DNA of 64,000 bases. Origin: Verticiella sediminum. Its GTDB lineage: Bacteria > Pseudomonadota > Gammaproteobacteria > Burkholderiales > Burkholderiaceae_B. The notes under the pieces were generated by a model, which was given only the letters and a program-made list of their open reading frames with translations, did no database searches and had not been told where the DNA came from. The stretch covers positions 9,686 to 73,685 of the forward strand of contig JBEBVZ010000010.1 of the NCBI GenBank assembly GCA_040392445.1, in the 5' to 3' direction. The first letter of the stretch is position 1, and each line of letters begins with the position of its first letter. Shown here piece after piece: positions 19,866 to 31,470 of this stretch. The translations under genes were made by a program, and so were the position numbers.

Positions 19866-20668
19866 TTTGCGCTGCCCTGGATCATGCCGCTGGAGGGCGA
19901 GCTGGGCGAGGCGCTGTACAGCTTCTTGGGCATGCGGCCCGCGAGGTAGGCCGAGCGTCCGGCCTTGACCGCCAGATTCATGGCGCTGGCCATCAATACC
20001 GGGTTCTGGGCGCCGGCGATGGCAGTATTCATCAGGACGCCGTCGCAGCCCAGTTCCATGGCGATCGCCGCATCGCTGGCCGTGCCCACGCCGGCGTCGA
20101 CCAGCACCGGCACGCGGGCCTGGTCGATGATCAGGCGCAGGTTCCAGGGGTTCAGGATGCCCATGCCCGAGCCGATCAGCGAGGCCAGAGGCATGACGGC
20201 CACACAACCGATGTCTTCCAGCATGCGGCACTGGATAGGGTCGTCGGTGCAATACACCATCACGTCAAAACCCTCGTCGACCAGGGTCTTGGCCGCCGCC
20301 AGCGTTTCCGGCATGTTGGGAAAGAGGGTGTGCGGGTCGCCCAGCACTTCCAGTTTCACCAGCGAGTGGCCATCAAGCAGCTCGCGCGCCAGGCGCAGCG
20401 TGCGCACGGCATCGGTGGCGTTGTAGCAGCCGGCGGTATTGGGTAGCAGGGTGAACTGGCTGGGCGGCAGATAGTCCAGCAGGTTGGGCTCGCCCGCATT
20501 CTGGCCGATATTGGTTCGGCGGATGGCAACCGTGATGATCTCGGCGCCGCTGGCGTCGATCGCGGTGCGGGTTTCGTCGAAATCCTTGTACTTGCCGGTG
20601 CCTACAAGCAGGCGCGAGCCATAGCTTTTCCCGGCGATGGTGAGAGTATCGTTCATAAGGGTATGCAT
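19862..20668 (-). CDS. thiG: thiazole synthase
   Basis: [24 protein letters not shown] and [11 protein letters not shown]. 268 aa. The stop overlaps the apaH start (ATGA). Confidence 0.93.
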   Translation of the reverse strand: MHTLMNDTLTIAGKSYGSRLLVGTGKYKDFDETRTAIDASGAEIITVAIRRTNIGQNAGEPNLLDYLPPSQFTLLPNTAGCYNATDAVRTLRLARELLDGHSLVKLEVLGDPHTLFPNMPETLAAAKTLVDEGFDVMVYCTDDPIQCRMLEDIGCVAVMPLASLIGSGMGILNPWNLRLIIDQARVPVLVDAGVGTASDAAIAMELGCDGVLMNTAIAGAQNPVLMASAMNLAVKAGRSAYLAGRMPKKLYSASPSSPSSGMIQGSAK

Positions 20669-20697
20669 GGTACTACGTGATGTCGGCTGGAAAAAGT

Positions 20698-20797
20698 AAA
20701 ACCGGGGTCAGACCACGGTTTCCAAAACTACGGTTTTCGGCGTGAAAGATGGCACGAAGGGCATTGTGCGCGAAAACCGAGGTCAGACCCCGGTTTT
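20698..20797. repeat. pair of same-orientation 23-25-nt hairpin repeats in the thiC-thiG spacer
   Basis: AAACCGGGGTCAGACCACGGTTT (20698-20720) is identical to the copy at 14116. The second copy is AAAACCGAGGTCAGACCCCGGTTTT (20773-20797). Confidence 0.7.
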
Positions 20798-20813
20798 CGC
20801 GCTTGGGCGCAGC

Positions 20814-23850
<3,037 letters not shown>

Positions 23851-23963
23851 GCAAAGGCTCCTGGCGAAGGCGGGGAAAAGCCGCTGAACGATCAGCGGCA
23901 GGTAAAGCCATGTTAAGCGTTAAGCGCTTGCGACGCCGCGCGGCGCGGGCTCATGACCCCAGG

Positions 23964-25571
23964 CTAGAAGCCCGCGGCCAGCCCGTCGCGCCGGCTGTCG
24001 CTGGCGGCCACATAGCCGTCCACCGCGGGGTCGCCAAGGCGCCAGATGAATTGGCCGGCGCCAAAATCCAGGTAGGAATCCGGGTCCGGCTTGATCTTGT
24101 GGCCACGCGCTTGCAGCCCTTCCAGGGTCGAGGCGGACATGCCCGGTTCCACGTTGATGCTCACGCCCTCGTTCCACTTCCAGCGCGGCGCGTCGCAGGC
24201 GGCCTGTGGCTGCTGACCGAAACCCAGCATGCGGGTGACGGTTTGCAGATGGCCCTGGGGCTGCATATTGCCGCCCATCACGCCAAAGCTCATGAGCGGC
24301 GCGCCGTTTTGCGTCAGGAAAGCCGGCGTCGTGGTATGGAAGGGGCGCTTGCCGCCCTCGACCACGTTGGCGTGGGTCGGATCGGTGACAAAGCCGTAGC
24401 CGCGATTCTGCAGGCTGACCCCGGTGCCCGGCACGACCACACCCGAGCCAAAACCCAGATAGTTGGACTGGATGAAGCTGACCATCATCCCGTTCTGGTC
24501 GGCAGCGCTCAGGTAGACCGTGCCGCCCGCGGGCGCGCGCCCGGTGGTGTAGGTCTGGGCGCGCTGCGGATCGATCAGGCGCGCGCGCTCGGCCAGGTAG
24601 CCGTCGGACAGCATTTCCTCGGGGCTGATGCGCATGAAGCGTGGATCGGCCACGTGGGCATAGACGTCGGCAAAGGCCAGTTTCATGGCCTCTATCATCA
24701 GGTGTTGGGTGGCCGGATGGTCTATCGGGCGTTGCCGGATGTCGAGGTGGTCGAGGATGCCCAGTGCGATCACCGCGGCGATGCCCTGGCCATTGGGCGG
24801 CAGCTCATGCAGGGTGCAGTCGCCAAAATCGCGGGATAGCAGCGACACCCATTCGGGCTGGTAGTTGCGCAGATCGCTGAGCGTCAGGGCGGCATCGTGC
24901 GCTTGCGCATGCGCCACCAGCTTGTGGGCGGTGGCGCCTTCGTAGAAGTCGCGCCCGCCGGTGGCGGCAATGCGTGACAGGGTGGCTGCCGCGTCCCGCA
25001 GGACAAAGTGCTCACCCACCTGGGGGGGGCGGCCGCGGGGCAGGAAGTGTTCGGCAAAGCCGGGGATGGCGCGCAGGGCGTCGGCCTGGGCTGCCCATTT
25101 GAGCTGGACGAGGGGCGACACTGCAAATCCCCGTTCGGCATATTCAATGGCCGGGGCCAGCACGGCATCGAACGCCAGCTTGCCGAATTTGCCATGCAGG
25201 GCGCTCCAGCCGGCAACCGCACCCGGCACGGTTACGCTGTCCCAGCCCCGTTGGGGCATTTGCCCGCCATGCTTGCGATGGAAGTAGTCCGGATTCCAGC
25301 GGCCAGGCGCCGTACCCGAGGCGTTCAGTCCATGCAGGCAGGAACCATCCCACACAATGGCAAAACAGTCGGAACCCAAGCCGTTGCTGACAGGTTCGGT
25401 GAGGGCGATGGTGGCGGCCGCGGCAATGGCGGCGTCAACGGCGTTGCCGCCGTTGGCGAGCATGCGCAAGCCAGCCTGCGCCGCGAGCGGTTGGGACGTG
25501 GCGACGATGTTGCGCGCGAATACCGGCAGACGTGTCGATGGGTAGGGGTTCGTCCAGTCTTGAAAGCGCAT
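23964..25571 (-). CDS. gamma-glutamyltransferase-family Ntn hydrolase (no obvious signal peptide)
   Basis: QPLAAQAGLRMLANGGNAVDAAIA, the nucleophile region GGTVYLSAAD, and MSFGVMGG. Start taken at ATG 25571; ATG 25607 and 25637 are alternatives. Confidence 0.85.
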   Translation of the reverse strand: MRFQDWTNPYPSTRLPVFARNIVATSQPLAAQAGLRMLANGGNAVDAAIAAAATIALTEPVSNGLGSDCFAIVWDGSCLHGLNASGTAPGRWNPDYFHRKHGGQMPQRGWDSVTVPGAVAGWSALHGKFGKLAFDAVLAPAIEYAERGFAVSPLVQLKWAAQADALRAIPGFAEHFLPRGRPPQVGEHFVLRDAAATLSRIAATGGRDFYEGATAHKLVAHAQAHDAALTLSDLRNYQPEWVSLLSRDFGDCTLHELPPNGQGIAAVIALGILDHLDIRQRPIDHPATQHLMIEAMKLAFADVYAHVADPRFMRISPEEMLSDGYLAERARLIDPQRAQTYTTGRAPAGGTVYLSAADQNGMMVSFIQSNYLGFGSGVVVPGTGVSLQNRGYGFVTDPTHANVVEGGKRPFHTTTPAFLTQNGAPLMSFGVMGGNMQPQGHLQTVTRMLGFGQQPQAACDAPRWKWNEGVSINVEPGMSASTLEGLQARGHKIKPDPDSYLDFGAGQFIWRLGDPAVDGYVAASDSRRDGLAAGF

Positions 25572-25756
25572 GTGCGTTAAATCTGCGTCCTGGCTGTCTT
25601 CATGCATAGCGGACGTGAACGTCGACACACTTTGCAAAAAGCATCGGGTAAACCCGTAGGTTAACGCAGATCACGTGCAACAAAAACTCAAGGCTTGAAA
25701 TCCTGCGCTACTGAAACGTTACGTTATCTGTAACGTCACCAGGGTGCAAGCCTGGC

Positions 25757-25802
25757 GCCGCCATGAAAAAAGGCATCCGAAGATGCCTTTTTTCATGGCG
25801 GC
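25757..25802 (-). terminator. strong bidirectional intrinsic terminator downstream of tctA
   Basis: GCCGCCATGAAAAAAGGCATC-CGAA-GATGCCTTTTTTCATGGCGGC, a 21-bp perfect stem containing A6/T6 tracts. Confidence 0.8.
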
Positions 25803-25838
25803 CCTTTTGGGGCCACCGTACCTTGTCAAAGGGGACTA

Positions 25839-27344
25839 TCAGTCTTCTTCTGCGAAGGTCGCGTCACGCTTCTTGCGGATGAAGGGCAGTGCCACAATCA
25901 GGACCAGTGCCAGGGCCAGGCCCAGCAGCGTTGCCGAAAGCGGACGTTCCACGAAGGTAAGGAAGTCGCCACGCGAGAGGAGCAGGGCGCGACGGAAGTT
26001 TTCTTCCATCATGGGGCCAAGCACCAGGCCGAGCAGCAACGGTGCGCCTTCGCAACCCAGCTTGGACCACAGGTAGCCGATAAAGCCGAAGGCGATCGTG
26101 ACATAGATGTCGAACACGTTGTAGTTCAGCGAATACACGCCGATCGTGCAGAACACCAGAATGGCAGGATAAAGCAGGCGATACGGGATCTTGAGCAGTT
26201 TCACCCAGATGCCAACCAGCGGCAGGTTCAGGATCACCAGCATCAGGTTGCCGATCCACATCGAGGCGATCAGGCCCCAGAACAGTTCCGGGTGGCTGGT
26301 AATCACCTGCGGACCGGGCTGGATGTTGTGGATGGTCATGGCGCCGATCATCAGGGCCATCACGGCGTTGCCGGGAATACCGAGGGTCAGCAGCGGAATG
26401 AACGAGGTTTGCGCACCTGCGTTGTTGGCCGATTCAGGGCCTGCAACGCCGGCCGGGTGGCCGTGGCCGAAACGCTCGGGCTCTTTGGAGAGCTTTTTCT
26501 CGACCGTGTAGGACGCAAATGCCGCCAGTACCGAGCCGCCGCCGGGCAAGATACCCAGGACCGAACCGATGGCCGTGCCACGCAGCACGGCACCGTAGGA
26601 TTCCTTGAATTCCTGGCGGTTGGGGTAGAGGCTGCCGATCTTGGCCGAGATTTCCGTGCGGTTTTCGCGTTGCTCGAGGTTGCGCAGAACTTCGGCGAAA
26701 CCGAACACACCCATGGCTACCGCGGCAAAGTCGATGCCGTCCTGCAGTTCGGGGATGTTGAAGGCGTAGCGGGCTACACCCGAGTTCACGTCGGTACCGA
26801 CCATGCCCAGCAGCAGACCCAGCAAGATCATGCAGATGGCCTTGAGCAGCGAGCCCGAGGCCAGCACGACCGCGCCCACCAGACCCAGGCACATCAGCGA
26901 GAAGTATTCGGCGGGGCCGAACTTGAACGCGACTTCAGCCAGCGGGGGGGCAAAGGCGGCCAGCAGCAGGGTAGCAACCGAGCCGGCAAAGAACGAGCCG
27001 AGGGCGGCGATCGAAAGCGCGGCACCGGCACGCCCGTTCTTGGCCATCTGGTGGCCATCGAGCGCGGTCACCACGGCGGAAATTTCACCTGGCAGGTTCA
27101 CCAGGATGGCCGTGGTGGAGCCGCCGTATTGCGAACCGTAGTAAATACCGGCCAGCATGATCAGGCCGGCAATGGGCGGCAGCACATAGGTAATGGGCAG
27201 CAGCATGGCGATGGTGGCCAGCGGGCCAATGCCAGGCAGCACGCCAACCACGGTGCCCAGGAAGGCGCCCAGGAAGGCATAAAACAGGTTCTCGGGCGTA
27301 AAGGCTACGGAGAACCCGAGCATCAAGTGTTCAAGAAGTTCCAT
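25839..27344 (-). CDS. tctA: tripartite tricarboxylate transporter, large permease TctA
   Basis: 501 aa and highly hydrophobic. GxLPGIGP motif near the N-terminus (GVLPGIGPLA) with a repeat (GILPGGGSV). tctB lies upstream. Confidence 0.92.
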   Translation of the reverse strand: MELLEHLMLGFSVAFTPENLFYAFLGAFLGTVVGVLPGIGPLATIAMLLPITYVLPPIAGLIMLAGIYYGSQYGGSTTAILVNLPGEISAVVTALDGHQMAKNGRAGAALSIAALGSFFAGSVATLLLAAFAPPLAEVAFKFGPAEYFSLMCLGLVGAVVLASGSLLKAICMILLGLLLGMVGTDVNSGVARYAFNIPELQDGIDFAAVAMGVFGFAEVLRNLEQRENRTEISAKIGSLYPNRQEFKESYGAVLRGTAIGSVLGILPGGGSVLAAFASYTVEKKLSKEPERFGHGHPAGVAGPESANNAGAQTSFIPLLTLGIPGNAVMALMIGAMTIHNIQPGPQVITSHPELFWGLIASMWIGNLMLVILNLPLVGIWVKLLKIPYRLLYPAILVFCTIGVYSLNYNVFDIYVTIAFGFIGYLWSKLGCEGAPLLLGLVLGPMMEENFRRALLLSRGDFLTFVERPLSATLLGLALALVLIVALPFIRKKRDATFAEED

Positions 27345-27354
27345 TCGTGTCTCC

Positions 27355-27816
27355 TTAGTGACCCATGAACCAGGGGTAGAGCGGGAAAATCAGGCCCAGA
27401 CCCTTAATGAAAGCCACATACGAAAACGCGATCAGGAAAATCGCATTACCGAGCGCTACTTTCCAGTTGAATTCGTGGCTTGCAATGCTGCTGCCCACCA
27501 CCAGAATGAACAACGAAACGTACAGGCCCAGGGGCTTGAGCAACAGGCCGAACAACAGGACCGAGCCCAGCACCAATCCCAGGCTGCGCCAGTCGAAACG
27601 ATCGATGGTGGTCTCTTCAGCCTTGCCGGACAGTGCGCCAATACTTAGGATCGCACCCAGGACGGCCATGATCGCGCCCAACCAGAAGGGGAAGTAGCCC
27701 GGGCCCATGCGGGCTGCCGTGCCCATTTGATAATCAGTGGCGAACCACGCGAAAACCAGGCCGACGGCGATGAACATCACCCCTGACCAGAAGTTCTGCT
27801 GTGACTGTATTCGCAT
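27355..27816 (-). CDS. tctB: tripartite tricarboxylate transporter, small subunit TctB
   Basis: 153 aa with 4 predicted TM helices, 10 nt upstream of tctA. Confidence 0.8.
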   Translation of the reverse strand: MRIQSQQNFWSGVMFIAVGLVFAWFATDYQMGTAARMGPGYFPFWLGAIMAVLGAILSIGALSGKAEETTIDRFDWRSLGLVLGSVLLFGLLLKPLGLYVSLFILVVGSSIASHEFNWKVALGNAIFLIAFSYVAFIKGLGLIFPLYPWFMGH

Positions 27817-28080
27817 GATGCGTGATACTCCTTTGTGTTGATGAATTCCCGCAGCCTTGAAACAAACGAGACAGCCAAGCGCAAGCCAATGGCCAGAAAA
27901 GTGAAAGCTTCGGGAAAGTGCGCAATGGTAGTTGATATGATTGCTGCTGAGAACCGAATGAAAACCCTAGAGGCTTGGGGTTTTCCCCAGTTTTGAAAGA
28001 ACTCTGAAAGGCTTTCTGTTACAGATTTCAGTGCCGTAGGGCCCTCCCTGAACCGCTCGCGATTGGTTTACGATTACGCC

Positions 28081-28458
28081 ATGCTTGAAGATCTAGATAA
28101 TCTGGCTTCCCGGATACAGCAGCTGGTTCAGCTTGCCGCATCCGCCAAAGCTGAAAACCATGCCATTGCCGAGCACGCCCGGGCCGAAAGGCTTGCGCTT
28201 GTCGAACGCATCGAGGCCGAGAAACGCGCCTTTACCGAGCATGCCGAGGCCGACTACCGCGCCCGCACACAGCGTCTCGAGTCCGAGCACGGCTTGCTCA
28301 CCGAGCGTCTTGCGCGCTGCGAGGCCGAGAACCAGCAACTGCGCAGCATGCTGGCAACGGCCCGCGACCGCGTAGACAGCGTGTTGGCGCGCATTCCCGA
28401 CCCGGACGCCATCGGGCGCCACGAAGAACCGGAGCAGACCTCGAATGGAACGGCTTGA
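28081..28458 (+). CDS. coiled-coil protein upstream of zapA (position-conserved ZapA partner type; function unproven)
   Basis: Start taken at ATG 28081 (MLEDLDNLASRIQQL). Heptad-rich and charged. Overlaps the zapA start by 14 nt. Small coiled-coil genes precede zapA in many proteobacteria. Confidence 0.55.
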   Translation: MLEDLDNLASRIQQLVQLAASAKAENHAIAEHARAERLALVERIEAEKRAFTEHAEADYRARTQRLESEHGLLTERLARCEAENQQLRSMLATARDRVDSVLARIPDPDAIGRHEEPEQTSNGTA

Positions 28459-28756
28459 CGTCACTATCATGGGCCGCGAATACACGCTGGCCTGCGCACC
28501 AGCCGAAAAGGATGCCCTGATCTCGGCGTCCCAGCATCTGGATCGCATCATGCAAAAGCTGCGTTCGCAAAGCAAGGCCAGCACAAGCACCGAGCGCATT
28601 GCCATTGTCGCGGCACTGCAACTGGCTGTAGAGCTACTGGCCACGCCGGTGGGCGCCGGAAACAACGGCGAGGTTGCGCTCGGCGATTACAAGCGTAAAA
28701 TCGAGGACATGCAGCACGCGATCGATAGCGTGCTGCCAAGGCAAGAATCTCATTAA
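28445..28756 (+). CDS. zapA: cell division protein ZapA
   Basis: MERLDVTIMGREYTLACAPAEKDALISASQHLD..ERIAIVAALQLA, the typical ZapA pattern. 103 aa. Followed by 6S RNA, as in the zapA-ssrS synteny. Confidence 0.85.
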   Translation: MERLDVTIMGREYTLACAPAEKDALISASQHLDRIMQKLRSQSKASTSTERIAIVAALQLAVELLATPVGAGNNGEVALGDYKRKIEDMQHAIDSVLPRQESH

Positions 28757-28769
28757 AAAGTTTCTACGG

Positions 28770-28946
28770 TTTTCCCTGCGGTGTTCGTGACTGGCCAAAA
28801 ATCCTGTTCCAATATTTTGGCATCGGTTGCGGAAAATTTTCGTGTAGGCGCGCTCGCCTCTAGTAGATGAGCCCAATGTGCGAATGACTGCGACCACTTG
28901 AACCTTACGGTTCAGGACGCCGGCCTGGCGGCACAGGCGGGGACTC
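28770..28946 (+). ncRNA. ssrS: 6S RNA
   Basis: About 177 nt downstream of zapA. The ends pair (UCCCUGC with GCGGGGA). It contains CUGCGACCACUUGAACCUUACGGUUCAGG, which matches the conserved E. coli 6S block CUGCGACGACACAUUCACCUUGAACCAAGGGUUCAAGG. The exact ends are not determined. Confidence 0.8.
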
Positions 28947-28951
28947 TTCAC

Positions 28952-28985
28952 AACGGCCCGGTAATCAACCGGGCCGTTTTCTTTT
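28952..28985 (+). terminator. intrinsic terminator of zapA-ssrS
   Basis: Stem AACGGCCCGG / CCGGGCCGTT with a 7-nt loop, followed by TTTTCTTTT. Confidence 0.75.
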
Positions 28986-29010
28986 GTGCGTTGCCCCGGT
29001 AGCTAGCGTC

Positions 29011-29829
29011 GTGGACTTATCTTATATAGCGGTATTGCTGATTCTTGGCCTGGCTGGCGGCTTCTTCGCGGGCTTGCTGGGCATAGGCGGGGGCATGATC
29101 CTCGTGCCGTTCTTCACCATGGTCTTTACCTGGCAGAAGATGTCGCCAGGCTTGGTCGTGCATGCTTCGATCGCGACCGCGATGGCCACCATCCTGTTCA
29201 CTTCGCTCTCGAGCACGATGGCGCACCATCGGCGTAAGGCGGTGCTATGGCGTGTCACCGCCATGATGGTGCCGGGTCTGGTCATCGGCGGCCTGCTGGC
29301 AGGCGGTGCCGTGTTTTCCCTCGTTCCCACGAGCTGGCTCGCACTGGTGTTCGGGCTATTCGTCGGGTATTCGGCGATCAGCATGTTCTTTGCCAAACCG
29401 GCCCACGCGTCGGGGCAGTTGCCGGGCCCGCTGGGAGTGGCTTCGGTGGGCGCGGGCATCGGTTTTGCCTCGGGCCTGTTGGGCGCGGGAGGCGGTTTTC
29501 TCAGCGTACCGTTCCTGGGCCGCTGCAACATCCCGCTGCACCAGGCCATCGCGACTTCGGCGTCGCTGGGCTTTCCGATCGCGGCGGCCAACACCGTCGG
29601 TTATATCGTGTCGGGCTGGAACGAGACCAGCAGCGAGCCGGGGATGCTGGGGTATGTGGTGTGGCCGGCGCTGCTGGTCGTGGTGGTGGCCAGCATGTTC
29701 ATGGCGCCACGTGGCGCCGCCCTGGCCCACAGCCTGCCGGTGACAAAGCTGCGCCGCATGTTCGCCACGCTGCTGCTGTTCCTGGCGTGTTACATGCTGT
29801 GGAAGTCTTATGCGGCGTTCCTGGGCTGA
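29011..29829 (+). CDS. TSUP (TauE/SafE) family anion exporter
   Basis: Start taken at GTG 29011 to clear the terminator. Two internal repeats carry the GLLGIGGG / GLLGAGGG motifs. 8 TM helices. Confidence 0.85.
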   Translation: MDLSYIAVLLILGLAGGFFAGLLGIGGGMILVPFFTMVFTWQKMSPGLVVHASIATAMATILFTSLSSTMAHHRRKAVLWRVTAMMVPGLVIGGLLAGGAVFSLVPTSWLALVFGLFVGYSAISMFFAKPAHASGQLPGPLGVASVGAGIGFASGLLGAGGGFLSVPFLGRCNIPLHQAIATSASLGFPIAAANTVGYIVSGWNETSSEPGMLGYVVWPALLVVVVASMFMAPRGAALAHSLPVTKLRRMFATLLLFLACYMLWKSYAAFLG

Positions 29830-29893
29830 TTGCGGTAATGTGCTGGCGGGTCGCGAAATCCGTGGCCTTTCATCTTTCTACAGGACAGCACAC

Positions 29894-30634
29894 ATGCCCA
29901 CGCGACTGTTTTCCCGCTTTTCGCCGCTCGCAGTATGCCTTGCAGCATCCTTGCTCGCGGCACCCGCTTTTTCGCATGATTCGCACGAGCGCGACGAAAA
30001 TCGGGCGCCGCGCCTGTCCTTGCAGGCCCAGGCCTCATCCGAAGTCATCCAGGACACCGTGGAAATCACCCTGGCCACCGAGCTCGAGGGTGCCGACCAG
30101 GCCGATGTTGCCAAGCGCCTTACTGCGCAGTTGAACGCAACCCTGTCGGCTGCGCGCGGCACCACCGGAGTGCAGGCGCGCAATGGCGCGTATCGCCTGT
30201 GGCCCAATACCGATCGCGACGGCAAGATCACCGCCTGGCGCGGTCGCGCCGAAGTGGTGCTCGAATCGGAAGACTTGCCTGCCGCCGCCTCGCTGGCCGC
30301 CAAGCTGTCCGATGGCATGCAGATTGCCAATATCAGCTTCTCGCTGTCGCCCCAGGCGCGCGCGGCGGAAGAAAAACGCCTGCTCGAGGAAGCCGCCAAG
30401 GCCTTCTCGCAGCGCGCGAGCGACGCGGCCCGCGCCTTTGGCTTCAGTGGCTATACCATCCGCAACATCGACCTGGGCGGCAGCGGCACGGTATTTTCGA
30501 AGCGGCCCGAACTGGCCATGGCGCGCGCCTCGTTTGGCGCTGATGCAGCCCCGCCCGAGCTGGAAGCGGGCATGGCCACCGTTACGGTGTCGGTGCAGGG
30601 AGAGGTTGCTTTGCAGACCAGCGCCAAACCATGA
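29894..30634 (+). CDS. SIMPL/DUF541 periplasmic protein
   Basis: Start ATG 29894, with signal peptide [32 protein letters not shown]-like pattern (ITLATE.., RLWP.., [16 protein letters not shown]). Confidence 0.8.
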   Translation: MPTRLFSRFSPLAVCLAASLLAAPAFSHDSHERDENRAPRLSLQAQASSEVIQDTVEITLATELEGADQADVAKRLTAQLNATLSAARGTTGVQARNGAYRLWPNTDRDGKITAWRGRAEVVLESEDLPAAASLAAKLSDGMQIANISFSLSPQARAAEEKRLLEEAAKAFSQRASDAARAFGFSGYTIRNIDLGGSGTVFSKRPELAMARASFGADAAPPELEAGMATVTVSVQGEVALQTSAKP

Positions 30635-31379
30635 TGCCCGCCACGATCATGGGCAGCGAGAGCCACTGACCCATGCTTAGCCCGCCGGACAGCAGCCCCA
30701 GGAAGCTGTCCGGTTGGCGGGTGAATTCAGCCAGAAAGCGCAGCGTGCCGTAGCCGATCAGAAAGACCGCGCTGACCCGGCCCAGGCGCTGGGGCTTGCG
30801 GGCAAACCACCACACGATGCAAAACAGCAGCAGGCCTTCCAGCGCGAACTGGTAGAGCTGCGAGGGGTGGCGGGGCAAGCCGTCGCCGCTGCCCGGGAAC
30901 ACCATGGCCCAGGGTGCGTTGGAGACCCGGCCCCAGAGCTCGCCGTTGATGAAATTGCCCAGGCGGCCGGCGGCCAGGCCCAGCGGCACCAGGGGCGCGA
31001 CGAAGTCGCCGATTTCCAGCATTCGGAAGCCGCGCTTGCGGGCAAACCAGGCCAGTACCGCCAGCACCCCCAGCAAGCCGCCATGAAACGCCATGCCGCC
31101 TTGCCAGACCGCGAAAATCTCCAGCGGATGCGATAGGTAGTAGCCGGGCTTGTAGAACAGCACATAGCCCAGGCGACCACCCACGATGACACCCAGGATG
31201 GCGTAGAACAGCAGGTCTTCGTGATCGCGCGGTGTCAGCCGGGTGACGCCGCGGGCGATCAGGCGCCTGCCCAACACCCATGCCATGGCGAATCCGAACA
31301 GGTACATCAGCCCATACCAGTGCACGGCCACAGGACCGATTTGCACTGCAATGGGGTCGAATTGCGGGTAGGTCAGCAT
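30582..31379 (-). CDS. lgt: prolipoprotein diacylglyceryl transferase
   Basis: [43 protein letters not shown]. 265 aa. Confidence 0.92.
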   Translation of the reverse strand: MLTYPQFDPIAVQIGPVAVHWYGLMYLFGFAMAWVLGRRLIARGVTRLTPRDHEDLLFYAILGVIVGGRLGYVLFYKPGYYLSHPLEIFAVWQGGMAFHGGLLGVLAVLAWFARKRGFRMLEIGDFVAPLVPLGLAAGRLGNFINGELWGRVSNAPWAMVFPGSGDGLPRHPSQLYQFALEGLLLFCIVWWFARKPQRLGRVSAVFLIGYGTLRFLAEFTRQPDSFLGLLSGGLSMGQWLSLPMIVAGIMVWRWSAKQPLPAPTP

Positions 31380-31470
31380 GGGGAAACCGGGTAAGGGAAG
31401 AACTGGCCGATAATAACCGGTAGTCTATGCCGCAGTTTCTGTTCTGCTTTCTTTACCGGGAACCTGTCAG

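Noticed and set aside
20750-20764. TGGCAC motif in the thiC-thiG spacer as a sigma-54 promoter
   Set aside because: The downstream GC element is 2 nt out of register: GC falls at +10/+11 from the GG, not +12. There is no TTGC(A/T), and no activator gene is nearby.
20669-20813. Search for a thiS ORF between thiC and thiG
   Set aside because: No ORF of about 66 codons ending in Gly-Gly exists in either frame set. The spacer is filled by the hairpin repeats. thiS must be elsewhere or absent.
25022-25029. G8 homopolymer (C8 on the coding strand of the ggt-family gene) as a possible phase-variation tract; also the C7 run at 19115-19121 in apaH and the G7 run at 26944-26950 in tctA
   Set aside because: Runs of 7-8 G/C are expected by chance in 64 kb of DNA this GC-rich. 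They encode ordinary Pro-Pro/Gly-Gly, the reading frames are intact, and nothing suggests on/off switching.
27960-27990. Hairpin GAAAACCC-N9-GGGTTTTC in the tctB / coiled-coil gene spacer as the terminator of an unannotated sRNA
   Set aside because: The stem is AT-rich and short, there is no clean U-tract on either strand, and I could not identify a promoter or conserved structure upstream. The evidence is insufficient.
28634-28951. 105-aa minus-strand ORF
   Set aside because: It coincides with the 6S RNA gene and its terminator. The RNA features explain the region better.
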